NCBI GenBank assembly: GCA_019058275.1
Contig: JAHLVW010000030.1
Span: 1-47,166 of the forward strand
Source of the DNA: Candidatus Heimdallarchaeota archaeon
GTDB lineage: Archaea > Asgardarchaeota > Heimdallarchaeia > JABLTI01
Direction: 5' to 3'
Length of the DNA: 47,166 bases
Under the pieces are notes generated by a model. The model saw only the letters and a program-made list of their open reading frames with translations. It was not told where the DNA came from and searched no databases. This document shows, piece after piece, positions 10,950-21,816 of this stretch (its first letter is position 1; every line of letters begins with the position of its first letter). The translations under genes were made by a program, and so were the position numbers.

Positions 10950-13900
10950 TCAGATTTTTCTCCTTAATTTTCTATTAACTCTTCTATTCAATCTTTCACT
11001 CTTTCTATTTCTCTGGATTACTTCTGATGAGATAGATCCATCTACTCGTTTGTAAATTATCTTGTCTTTTATTCTCATTCTTCTATCTAGAATTCTTCTA
11101 ACTCTCATTCGAATTCTTCTAGTTCTTTTCATTTGTTCAACATAGACAGGATCTTCTCTTTTTCTTTTTATCTGCTCAATATTCACTTGTATCAATCGCT
11201 TCGTATTTGGTGTAATAGCTGAAATATCAACATCAAAAACAAGGAGTGGCATATTTTGTTCCATATAAATAGGCTTCAAAATTGCTTGCGATATCTTGTA
11301 TGGTAAACAATTGAATGGTCCAGTTAAAATTAAAGAATCATAATGAGCCCCTTCTAATGTTTCCATTCCCTTCCCTATTGTTGGTATTGCTTCACCGAAA
11401 ATTAATCGACTTATCCATGGATCAGATTGTTTGAATATCTCTTTTAGATCATTTACTTCAGCAAATAAAAGGCCTGTTTTTCTAAATAATCTTCTATGTT
11501 TCCTTTCAATCCTACTCATGACTCTTAAAGCTGTTTTGCTTAGTAGTAATCTTCTTGATCCTTGGTTATGCATAGTTACAGATGCTTTAAGAAGAGTTGT
11601 TGGTTTGTCTGGATCCATCTTCCAATCTTTGATTATTTCATATCCACCTTGATAATTGAAACCATACAAAGACAGTTCATACAAATCAGTTGATTTAATT
11701 ATAATTCCATGTTTAGCATAAATCTCTTTTAATTCTTTAATAAAGAATGGACTAAAACGAACGAAGAAATCACCACTAATTAGAACTTTGGGAAGGTCTT
11801 TTGGTGATTCAGTTCTGGGTATCTTCGCAATCTGTCTTATAAGTTTTTTAATATTCTTATTATAATTTTTCTTACTTTTAATTCTCTGTAAGAATTCAGA
11901 CCAATATTGCTGTAGAAGGTCTAAACTTCTTTCCTTCCCTACAACATAAAGAGAGCTTTCTATCTCCATCATTAAGTCAGCAATTAGTACCATTCTAGGA
12001 AAATAAAGCAGCACATCTATAAGACTCATACCTAAGAAGTGAGTGAGAAAATCATACCTAAAAAGGAAAACGTTTTCTAGTTTATTCTGTTCTATAAAAT
12101 TCTCAATGTAGTGGAAATAGCTGTAAACTGCACAAGGTGATCCCCCACGAATCATGTAGTAACCAATTATTTCACCTGGTTTCCTATTTTTCACTAATGC
12201 CATTAAATGACCAAGAACAACAGGTAATGGGATACATTCTTTTCCTGTACAATGTCTCAGACCTGCAACAGGATAATCTAGAATTATTTCTTCTGATTGG
12301 CCCATATTAAAGCCAAATAGCTTAAGTGTTTTCATAGCTATATCAGTATGATATTTCGAAAATGGTGGAGCATAAAGCGTTAATCGAGGATCCTTAATAT
12401 CTAGTGTTTTGTTATCTGATGTTATAACAACTGTTTTTCCTCCTCTTCTTTTCACATTCGTTACTTGGAATGGTTTCTCCTCGGAATCTATCTTGCTTTC
12501 TTGGAAATTATTGATTATTTCGAGGAAAGCTTCTAGACGGGTTTGAATACCAGCATCAGCTGTATGAGCATCTAGCTCTAGAAGTAGAAATGGTTTTGCA
12601 TTCATTTCAGCTTTCATGTAATTTTGAACAAAAGCATCTATTGTACAACTAAAACTGTTAATGTAAAGCAAGAAGAGGTTATCATTGTTTTTAGCTAATT
12701 CTATTGCTACTTTCACATAATTAGCAAAATACCAAGGAATATCTTTTACTCCATGTTTTTCTATGAAATCAAAAGGTATTACTGTTACTCCCATGCTTGC
12801 TAGTTTCTTTGGAATTGATAATGAAGTTTCAGGAGGAAAGGCATTATAGCTTCTACCAACAAGTAAGATACCTATTTCATCAGAACCAGTAATTTTTTCT
12901 AAAGCTTCTTGCCCTAATTCCAAAAATTTCTCTTCTATTTGCCTCTGTAATTGTATTGCTTTTTCTAAAGCATTTTGAGCAAATTTCTTTTTTTCCAGTA
13001 ATTCCTCAACTGCCATTTTAATTAATGAATCACTTGTATGATAACCATCAGAAAAATCAAGTACTGGACTTAGGAAATTTATATCTTTAAAATTAACAGA
13101 AATGAAATATGGACTAGCTTGTGTTATAGGACAGAAGGTTGCTTCCAACCAGTCATCATCTTTTGTTAAGTGGAGAATATGTGGGATGAATATTGTTGAG
13201 ATATCCTGTTTCACAAGATCCATTACTGCACCATGCAATATTTGTACAGGAAAACAGAATGGTGCATTAGTCATAATATCCTTATCTTCATCTATACCGG
13301 AAAGAATAACCTCATAACCCAATTCTTTGAAGAATGTGGAAAATAGAGGATAAAGAGTATGTGTTAATAATGCTCTAGGTATACCTATTTTTCCTTTAAT
13401 CTTTAAGATCTGATCATCATCTGTATCAGTTCCAAAGATGAGATCATTCCTAACTGCAACCAGATCCTCTTTTTCTTCAGTTTTCTCTGTACCCTTCCAT
13501 TGGTGTTCATATTTTGTGCAGTTACCACCAAATAGAAAACGACGTCCTCCTACTTCATAACGTTCAATTTGACAATAATTCTTACAAGATTTGCATGTAA
13601 CACTACCAAGGTGTTTCATTTCTTCTTCAATTAATACCTCTAAGGTAGTGTTTTTTGGCATTCCTTTAGCTTCATGTTGCTCATACTTTGTTTTCGCAAT
13701 AAGAGCAATACCAAATGCTCCTACTAATTCGGGATTGGGTGGAATAATAATTTGCTTACCAGTTGCTTGGGCAAAAGCATAACCAACTGAATGATTCTTG
13801 GCTACACCACCTTGGAAAAAGACTTTCTTTCCGACTGCTCTAGAACCTTTGACTTTATTCAAATAATTATCAACAATTGAATAAACTAATCCACCAATGA

Positions 13901-15341
13901 TATTTCCATGTCCATAACCTTCTTGCATTGCAGTTCGTATATCTGTATTGATGAAAGCTGCACAATCAGCTTTGAACCTTACTGGATTTTCAGCTTGTAA
14001 TGCTGTTTGAGAAATATTATATACATCTATTCCTAGATCACCTTTTGAGCTTTCTTCAAGGAAGGAGCCTGTTCCTGCTGAACATGTTGCATTCATTGCA
14101 TAATCAACTGGCACACTATTTTGAATATACATATATTTTGAATCTTGACCACCGATTTCAAAAATAGTGTCAACATCAGGATCATAGAAAACAGCTCCTC
14201 GGGAATGGGCTGATATTTCATTAAATACAGCATCTGTTCCAAGATATGCTGCCACAATTTGCCTTCCTGAACCTGTTACACCAACTAAATTTACTTTACA
14301 GTTACCTACTTGTGAAATAATTTTCCTAATACATTCTTGAGTTGCTCCTATTGGATTGCCATTTGTTCTACCATAGTGTGAAGCAATAACCGATGAATCA
14401 GCTGGATCTACCAAAACAGCTTTTGTGGTTGTTGAACCAACATCAATGCCCAAAAGGAGATCAGTATTCTTATCATAATCCTTTTTGAATTCGGTACCAT
14501 CAACAATTGTTACTTGACTACTAAATTCACTCAATGAAGGAAATGTTGCGAAGCTTTTGCTAGTTTTTAATTTTATTTCTTTATGAACAGGGGAATCTTT
14601 TACCAATAATGCAGTTCCATAGGCTTCAAAGACAGAACTAACATCATTTACAACTACTTCAACATTCTCTAACTGCTCTCTGAGTATTTTAACAAAAGCA
14701 TCATTAATTGAGACACCTCCAATCATGAGTATGCGTTTTATATCCATTCGAGATTGGATGACTAATCCCATTACTTTGTTTGCCATGCTAGCAAGAACAG
14801 AAGTTAAAAGATCAGCTATAGAAGCTTCACCACGATTCAATTTATGAGTTATATCTGATTTACAATGAACTGAACATCGAGAAGCAAGCTCAGTTATCTT
14901 TCCTTTATGAGCAAGCGAGATAGCCTCATCCAAAGATAATCCTAACCTATCAATTTGCTGAATGAAAAATTCACCACTACCAGCAGCACATTTATCATGA
15001 GATAAAACATTAGCAATGTATCCTTCTTTGTTCAAAACATATAGAACAAGAGCTTCTCCACCTACAGAAAGAACTACATCAAACTTATCTTCATATGAAT
15101 TAATCCCTCGTTCTATAGCAACAATCTCTGAAATTTCACCAAATGAACCACTTACATTAAAATAGCTATTATTTGAGCCATTGTTATCTTGAATGATTTT
15201 GTTTAAGACCTCTTGTGGTCGACCTAAATGTGGTTGTTTGACAATAGTAAGTTTACCTTTTTCATCAATACTTACTACATTTACAGATATAGAACCAATA
15301 TTTATGCCTACATAGTTATGATAGTTGGAAATTCTGAACAC
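10950..15341 (-). CDS. CoA-substrate-specific enzyme activase (2-hydroxyacyl-CoA dehydratase activator; two BadF/BadG ATPase domains plus DUF2229-like region)
   Basis: GIDVGSTTTK, IGGQDSK, CAAGSG and CSAGTGSFLE, QGGV, CxxCxxxC linker, GIPRAL, CFPV, ECIP. Confidence 0.9.
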   Translation of the reverse strand: MFRISNYHNYVGINIGSISVNVVSIDEKGKLTIVKQPHLGRPQEVLNKIIQDNNGSNNSYFNVSGSFGEISEIVAIERGINSYEDKFDVVLSVGGEALVLYVLNKEGYIANVLSHDKCAAGSGEFFIQQIDRLGLSLDEAISLAHKGKITELASRCSVHCKSDITHKLNRGEASIADLLTSVLASMANKVMGLVIQSRMDIKRILMIGGVSINDAFVKILREQLENVEVVVNDVSSVFEAYGTALLVKDSPVHKEIKLKTSKSFATFPSLSEFSSQVTIVDGTEFKKDYDKNTDLLLGIDVGSTTTKAVLVDPADSSVIASHYGRTNGNPIGATQECIRKIISQVGNCKVNLVGVTGSGRQIVAAYLGTDAVFNEISAHSRGAVFYDPDVDTIFEIGGQDSKYMYIQNSVPVDYAMNATCSAGTGSFLEESSKGDLGIDVYNISQTALQAENPVRFKADCAAFINTDIRTAMQEGYGHGNIIGGLVYSIVDNYLNKVKGSRAVGKKVFFQGGVAKNHSVGYAFAQATGKQIIIPPNPELVGAFGIALIAKTKYEQHEAKGMPKNTTLEVLIEEEMKHLGSVTCKSCKNYCQIERYEVGGRRFLFGGNCTKYEHQWKGTEKTEEKEDLVAVRNDLIFGTDTDDDQILKIKGKIGIPRALLTHTLYPLFSTFFKELGYEVILSGIDEDKDIMTNAPFCFPVQILHGAVMDLVKQDISTIFIPHILHLTKDDDWLEATFCPITQASPYFISVNFKDINFLSPVLDFSDGYHTSDSLIKMAVEELLEKKKFAQNALEKAIQLQRQIEEKFLELGQEALEKITGSDEIGILLVGRSYNAFPPETSLSIPKKLASMGVTVIPFDFIEKHGVKDIPWYFANYVKVAIELAKNNDNLFLLYINSFSCTIDAFVQNYMKAEMNAKPFLLLELDAHTADAGIQTRLEAFLEIINNFQESKIDSEEKPFQVTNVKRRGGKTVVITSDNKTLDIKDPRLTLYAPPFSKYHTDIAMKTLKLFGFNMGQSEEIILDYPVAGLRHCTGKECIPLPVVLGHLMALVKNRKPGEIIGYYMIRGGSPCAVYSYFHYIENFIEQNKLENVFLFRYDFLTHFLGMSLIDVLLYFPRMVLIADLMMEIESSLYVVGKERSLDLLQQYWSEFLQRIKSKKNYNKNIKKLIRQIAKIPRTESPKDLPKVLISGDFFVRFSPFFIKELKEIYAKHGIIIKSTDLYELSLYGFNYQGGYEIIKDWKMDPDKPTTLLKASVTMHNQGSRRLLLSKTALRVMSRIERKHRRLFRKTGLLFAEVNDLKEIFKQSDPWISRLIFGEAIPTIGKGMETLEGAHYDSLILTGPFNCLPYKISQAILKPIYMEQNMPLLVFDVDISAITPNTKRLIQVNIEQIKRKREDPVYVEQMKRTRRIRMRVRRILDRRMRIKDKIIYKRVDGSISSEVIQRNRKSERLNRRVNRKLRRKI

Positions 15342-15483
15342 CTACTAGATTGAGGTTACAATTTTGATGTCAAGAAGATTATATAAGAATTTTCTATATA
15401 GGAAATAAAGCACTCTAATAATCAAGAATCATTTTAAGATTTAAAAACAATCAAGAAACAGATTTCAGTATTGAGGATTCATT

Positions 15484-16454
15484 ATGAGCATTCTTGATCA
15501 CATGCAGGTAAAAGAAGTCATAAAAGAAATTTTTAGCAGTGATATGGTTAGTGATTTCGTTTCTTTTCCTTCATCAGTTAATACTCTATTACAGTTTGAA
15601 ATCAATAATGAAAAGTACATGATAAAGATTCTAACATTACCAACACTATCTGAATGGGAAAATTATCGTTTGGATAAGGAAGGCAAGCTATTAGAATTCT
15701 TCTTCAAACATGATTCAATAAAGGTTCCCGTTCCTGAATTAATCCATATTGAAAATAATATAGATCGAATTGGTTTCAGATTTATTATTTATCGCTTTGT
15801 TGATGGGATAGTTCTTTGGAATGTCTGGAGAGATTTAACTCCACAAGAAAGGATCCAAATTGTGAAAGAATTAGGCAAAATTGTTCGAGATATCCATTCG
15901 GTGACATATGATTGGTTTGGCGAGCTTGAAGATATTGGGAATGTCTCAAAACATTCCAATTACAAAGATTCCATGTTGGATTGGATACAAGAATTATTGG
16001 AAAAAATCATTGAACAAAAGTCATTGCCTATAGAATTAGTTAAGAAAGGACAGAAGTTTATACAAAATAATATCGATAAAATAACATACAAACCTAGACC
16101 TACCCTGTTCACAATGACATTCATCAGGCGAATCTTATTGTTAAGAAAAACAAACAAGGAATGTATAAAATTCAAGCTCTAGTTGATTGGGAATGGGCCT
16201 GCTCAACTAATCCACTAGATGATATCTTTTAGATTAAAGACATGGTTTTAGTAAACAAAGAATTAGAAAAAGCATTCTTTCTTGAGTATTTCCAAGGTGA
16301 AAGAGACAATTTAGATGATTTTGTTCTTGAACGGAAAATATCTAATATAGGACTTCCTTTGGATAGTGCTGCTTATATTTGGCCAAATCATCCACCAACA
16401 GATGAAGAAATTGACCAAGTTAAACAATCTATTGAAGAAAACACAGTTGAATAA
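15484..16454 (+). pseudogene. Aminoglycoside-phosphotransferase-like kinase, disrupted
   Basis: A frameshift near 16105 restores VHNDIHQANLIV...LVDWEWA. In-frame TAG at 16230-16232, then the frame continues into ORF 16242-16454. Confidence 0.82.
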
Positions 16455-16499
16455 CTGAATTTTCCATTCTAAAAATAAAAAAACATATAACAGGTGGTA

Positions 16500-17162
16500 A
16501 TGATGCTAAATGAAGAGTATTTACAAATCGAGAAATTGATCGAAGATAAACTATGAGAGAAAATCACTAAAAGATTAAAAGAGGAACAAATCATTTTAGA
16601 AATATTAAGGGATTTTCAAGATGGATATACAAAGAAAGATCCTACTTTTGCTGAAAAGTGGGTTAAGAATTTATTAGATGTTTCTGTTCAGATTATTGGT
16701 ACTAATTCCACTTATCCTGGAGATTTTGAGTGGCGATCGGGACATAAAGCTGCTTTTGAAATGTTTGAAAATGATTGGAAACATTAGGGAAGTTTAAAGA
16801 TGTACCTAGACCATGCAGAAATAGCTGTTGATGACAATAACTCTTGGGTAGCTATATTTGCTACAGTTTCTAGATACACTCCTGAAGAGGAAAATCGTAC
16901 ATTTTCAGCTAGTAAAGAAAGATCATTAAAAAGAATAAAAGCGCTTGCTGATAGCAAAACATCCAGTACCTTAGCATTATATCAAATAATCAATGACGCT
17001 AGTGCCATATTATACCAATATGAGCAAAGTGAATTATTCGTTTGGCCAATAAGAATAACTATGGTTTTATATAAAAAAAATGATCAATGGTTAATAAAAC
17101 AAATACATTTTTCATGGTCCGGTAGAGAATTCCCCGCTGTTAGGTTATTAAATGAGGATTAA
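16500..17162 (+). pseudogene. SnoaL/NTF2-like protein, disrupted by two in-frame stops
   Basis: One frame from ATG 16500/16503 (RBS AGGTGG). TGA at 16554 and TAG at 16785 (DWKH*G). Contains FQDGY, IIGT and a C-terminal RITMVL...WLIKQIHFS. Confidence 0.72.
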
Positions 17163-17241
17163 AAAATTAATTCTCCAAAATTCTTTTTATCTCTAATACT
17201 ATTTTTTATTATTAAAATTACAATTATAATGAGGGATTCAT

Positions 17242-19607
17242 TTGAAGCTATTCGAACCAATAAAAGTAAGACATGTTGAAATAAGAAATCGTATTATTAT
17301 GCCTGGTATGGAAACTAATCTCGGTGATGATAAAGGGAATGTTTCTGATCAATCCATTGAGTATTACAAACATCTAGCTAAGGGTGGAACCGGATTAATT
17401 ATTATTGAGGGCATTTACTTCGATACGATTGGTCGTGGAACTCTCAATATGCTAAGTGTTGATAGCAATAAGAAAATACCAGGTTTTAAGAAATTGACGG
17501 ATACAATCAAAGCTTAAGGTGCCAATGTTATCGGGCAATTATATCATGCTGGAATTCAATCAACAAGTTTTATGACCGGTGAGCAAATTGTTTGTCCTTC
17601 AGCAATCCCTAGTAAACTAACTGGTGTTATGCCTATACCTATGACGAAAAAAATGATTAATAAGGTCATTAAGAATTATGCTATTGCTTCTAAACGATTA
17701 CAAAAAGCGGGTTATGATGGAGTTGAAGTGCATGCAGGTCATGGTTACTTATTGAATCAATTCTTTTCGGAATTGTATAACAAACGAACTGATGAATATG
17801 GTGGAAGTCTAGAAAATAGGACAAGATTAGCTGTAGAAGTTCTACATTCCATCAGGAACAAATGTGGTAAAGATTTCATAATTGGTTGTCGAATTAATTG
17901 CCAAGATTATATTGAAGGGGGATTAGAAATAGGAGACATGGCGAAAATAGCTAAGAAGTTAGAAGACGAAGGTGCTGATTTGCTAAATATCACTGCAGGG
18001 ATTTTTGATTCACCTTTCTATCCTGTTATTCCGTTTATGAATCAACCTCGAGGAGTATACTCTGAATACTCCAAAATAATCAAACGATCAGCATCAAAAA
18101 TACCAATCTGTGTTGTAGGAAGAATTAATACCCCTGAAATTGCTGAGGAGATACTACAAGATAATCGAGCAGATATGGTAGCAATGGGACGAGCTGTTAT
18201 CTCAGACCCATATTTCCCTCAAAAAGTGCAAGAGGGGAGACGGGTGGAGATGGTTGTATGCCCCGCTTGTAATGCTTGTTTAAACCAAATTCTCATTGAA
18301 GAGAAAATTTCTTGTTCAATAAACGCAAACCTACTTGGTAGATATGAGGATATCTAAAAAGTAAAAACTAGATCAAAAGTTCTTATCGTTGGTGCTGGAC
18401 CTGCTGGATTAGAAGCAGCAATTGTTGGTAGACTTCGTGGGCATGATATATTAGTAATTGATAAGCAAAACAAAATAGGTGGCAATCTACATTTAGCGTC
18501 TGTTGCACCTATGAAACAAGAAACAGAGAACTTCATTAACAGGTATAATCATCTCACCCAGAAATTCAGTATAAACATTAGATTAGATACACCTTACAGT
18601 CAAGAGATTCTTGATGAATTCAAACCTGATGTGGTTATTTTAGCAACTGGATCTAAACCATCAATCCCAAAAATCAAAGGATTAACTGAAGACAATTACA
18701 AATTATATACTGATATTCTTACAGGCAACCTTCCAGAAGGAGAAAGAATAACTATTTTTGGAGGTGGTATGATAGGACTCGAAGTAGCGAATATCCTATC
18801 GAGTAAAAACAGAAAATTACAATTCTTGAAGAGGACTCAGTACTTGGTGCTGATTTATATTCTCTTGTTGGCGCTGAAATTGTTCAAAGAACTGAGGATG
18901 ATGAGAATATAGCAATCAAAACAGATATAGTTGTCAGTAAAATCGAAGGGAGAACTATTTCTGGAAAAGAAAGAGATAAGGACTTTTCACTGGATTTTGA
19001 TGAAATTGTCATTGCTACAGAACCTACACCTACTTGTGAAATAGAATCGGAGATAAAGAAACAAGTTAAGAAGATTTTCAAAATAGGTGATTGTAAGAAA
19101 ACTAAGGTAAGAAAGATACTTGATACTGTAGCTGATGGTTATGAGATTGTTATGACTTTGGAAACAGCAGAACCTCTACCTTCGTTATATGAAATTGCTC
19201 AAGGCGTAGGAATAAGTAGCATTGTAATACACAAGGTGAAAACCAGTACATTTGAAATTGAAGATATCCCTGATTACCTAAAAGTGTTGGTCGAAATTTG
19301 CAATGCGAACGATAAAATCCAAAAGAAATCTGTCCTTAAATTCCAATTCAAAATAGTTCCTGGTCCAAGTTATTGGATCAATATAAATAAAGGACTCTTC
19401 ACCTCTGGTGAAGGGGAATTGGATTCTCCAGATGTAACTATTGAAATGAACAAAAGTATTGCTGCAGGTATATTTACTGGAGAAGTTAATGCTGCTTCTG
19501 CATATATGTCCAAACAATTGAGATTTATAGGTCCATTAAGGCATGGAATGAAATTCCAACAATGGACAAATACTGTTAAAAATGAACTAGGATTAGAACA
19601 ATTATAA
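17242..19607 (+). pseudogene. 2,4-dienoyl-CoA reductase-like NADH:flavin oxidoreductase (OYE + FeS/FAD domains) fused to C-terminal SCP2 domain, disrupted
   Basis: LFEP..RNRI, QLYHAG, EVHAGHGYLLNQF, RTDEYGGSLENR, CxxCxxC..C, GAGPAG, GGGMIG, IGDC. In-frame TAA at 17515 and 18355 and a frameshift near 18815. The shifted frame runs without a stop into the SCP2 ORF (PDVTIEM..AYMSKQLRFIG). Confidence 0.85.
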
Positions 19608-19722
19608 TCCTATCTCTTATTTATTATGTCCAATTTCAACAATCAAACTATTTCTCCCTTTTATTTATTGCTATATTAAAATGAAATAACTCTCTTTTTA
19701 ATTCCACAAAAACTATGTTTTT

Positions 19723-20328
19723 TTGTTTACAATGAATCGACCAAATTATCTTCTACATTTTAAGAGGAAGAATACCATTAAACAAATTATTATTTTGGTC
19801 ATTGTTCTTTTTGTTGTATTACTAGTTGCTCAAAATTCTTTGAAACAAGTTTCTGCTAATGATGACAAAGATGATGATGAGGATTTATCCAAAGGTTTGG
19901 GTTGGGCAGCAGTTGGCTTATTCGCTGTAAGTTCTGTTTATATTGCCTTTTACCAAACATATCACTTAACTAGAAGATTATCCAAAGAAGGAAGAAAAGG
20001 AGAAATTAGGAAATCTATTGGTAATGTTTTTCTGAAGGTTCGGAAACCTTTGCTTTACACTCATTATTTCTCAGGTCTTGCTGCTCTCATTGTATAACTA
20101 ATTCATGTTGTTATGTTAACAAAGGATGATGCTGAAGCAGTGATTGGATGGGTTACAGCAGGTGCTTACATCTTCTACATTGTAACTGGAATTATTCTTT
20201 GGTTTAAAATCAAACCAATTTGGGTTCGAAAGAAATTACGAAAAACAATCCTTTACATTCATAGAAGTCTGCTAATATTTGTTATCATTATTGCTATTCA
20301 TATTACCCATTTAGCAATCGCTGATTAA
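19723..20328 (+). pseudogene. His-containing membrane protein (cytochrome b / ferric-reductase-TM-like) with in-frame stop
   Basis: The two ORFs share a frame across TAA 20095 (LYTHYFSG..LIV*LIH). A second His pair occurs in YIHR...IHITH. Confidence 0.6.
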
Positions 20329-20410
20329 CATTATCGTTTGGATTTTTAACAAATTATTTAAACGAGAAGAAAACACCTTTTGCATGTGAATTTTAGGAAG
20401 ATGATTAGAT

Positions 20411-21727
20411 ATGATCTACTACATTGGGATTCGACGTGAAACAAAACCAGGAGAAAGAAGAACCCCCTTAATTCCTAGTGCTGTTAAAAAATTGAAAGAT
20501 GAACATGATATTCAAACTATTTTGCAACCATTTGATAAACGAGCATTTTCTGATGAAGAATATGAAAAAGTAGGTGCTATTATTAGAGAAGATTTGTCTG
20601 AATGCTCTGCAGTTTTTGGTATAAAAGAGATGGATCTTGATATTTTTCTACCAGATAAAGCCTACATGTGTTTCCATCATGTAATAAAAGGACAAAAAAG
20701 CAACATGCCAATGCTTAAGCACATAATGAAGACCGGAAGCACAATGATAGATTATGAAAAAGTGACTGATGATAAAAATCGAAGATTGATATTCTTTGGA
20801 AGGCATGCTGGTTATGCAGGTATGATTGACACTTTGAATGGATTTGGTATGCGACTAAAGGAAGAAGGATTTGATACTCCTTTCCTCAAGATCAAACAAT
20901 CATGTGATTATTTTGATTTAGCTGAAGCAAAAACTGCCATTGAAGAGCTTAAAAAATTAATAGAAAATGATGGCATCCCTGATGAATTATGTCCACTTGT
21001 TTTTGGATTTCTAGGATATGGTAATGTCTCTCAAGGTGCTCAATCAATTCTAGATATTCTTCCTGTAAAAGTAATTGAGCCAAAAAACCTAGCTGCCTTA
21101 ATTGAGAATCTTGATAGGGAAGAATGTAAGAAAGTCATCTACAAAGTGATTTTTAAAGAAGAGCATATGGTGAAACCAAAGGATAAATCAACAGAATTTG
21201 TCCTTCAAAACTACTATGATCATCCTGAAAAATATGAAGGTGTTTTTGCAGAGGAATACCTCGAGTATATCACTGTAATTGTTAATGGTGCTTATTGGTC
21301 TGAAAAATATCCTCGATCAATTACAAAAGAGGATATTAAAGAACTCTACTGTGATGATAAGGAACCTCGACTAAGATTTATAGGTGATATCAGCTGTGAC
21401 ATAGAAGGTGGTGTTGAGTGTACAACAAGGATTTCTTATATTGAACGACCATTCTATTGTTATGATCCTGAAGAAGAGACAGTAACAAATGGTGTAAAAG
21501 GTGATGGTCCTGTAGTTTTAGCAATTGATCATCTACCAACTGAAATACCACGAGATGCTTCAGAATTCTTTAGTGACACATTACTTCCATTTATTCCCAA
21601 TATTGCCAAAGCAAATTATGAAGGAACTTTGGAAGAAGCAGGATTTTCTGAGGAAATAAAGAAATCTATTATATTATGGAAAGGAAAATTCACCATAATT
21701 TATGAATACATCAAGGATTATCTATAG
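20411..21727 (+). CDS. Lysine-ketoglutarate reductase / saccharopine dehydrogenase (L-lysine-forming, AlaDH/PNT fold)
   Basis: GIRRETK..ERRTPL.P, GIKE, HHVIKGQ..NMPML, DYE, FGRHAGYAG, GYGNVSQGA, DISCD, IDHLPTE.PRDAS. Confidence 0.88.
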   Translation: MIYYIGIRRETKPGERRTPLIPSAVKKLKDEHDIQTILQPFDKRAFSDEEYEKVGAIIREDLSECSAVFGIKEMDLDIFLPDKAYMCFHHVIKGQKSNMPMLKHIMKTGSTMIDYEKVTDDKNRRLIFFGRHAGYAGMIDTLNGFGMRLKEEGFDTPFLKIKQSCDYFDLAEAKTAIEELKKLIENDGIPDELCPLVFGFLGYGNVSQGAQSILDILPVKVIEPKNLAALIENLDREECKKVIYKVIFKEEHMVKPKDKSTEFVLQNYYDHPEKYEGVFAEEYLEYITVIVNGAYWSEKYPRSITKEDIKELYCDDKEPRLRFIGDISCDIEGGVECTTRISYIERPFYCYDPEEETVTNGVKGDGPVVLAIDHLPTEIPRDASEFFSDTLLPFIPNIAKANYEGTLEEAGFSEEIKKSIILWKGKFTIIYEYIKDYL

Positions 21728-21816
21728 TGATTTTATTCTGCCATTCGGAATTGGAAAAAACATTTAATTATGAAACATTTTTGTAATTAATTACTTGAAT
21801 AATGGAATGATTTCCT

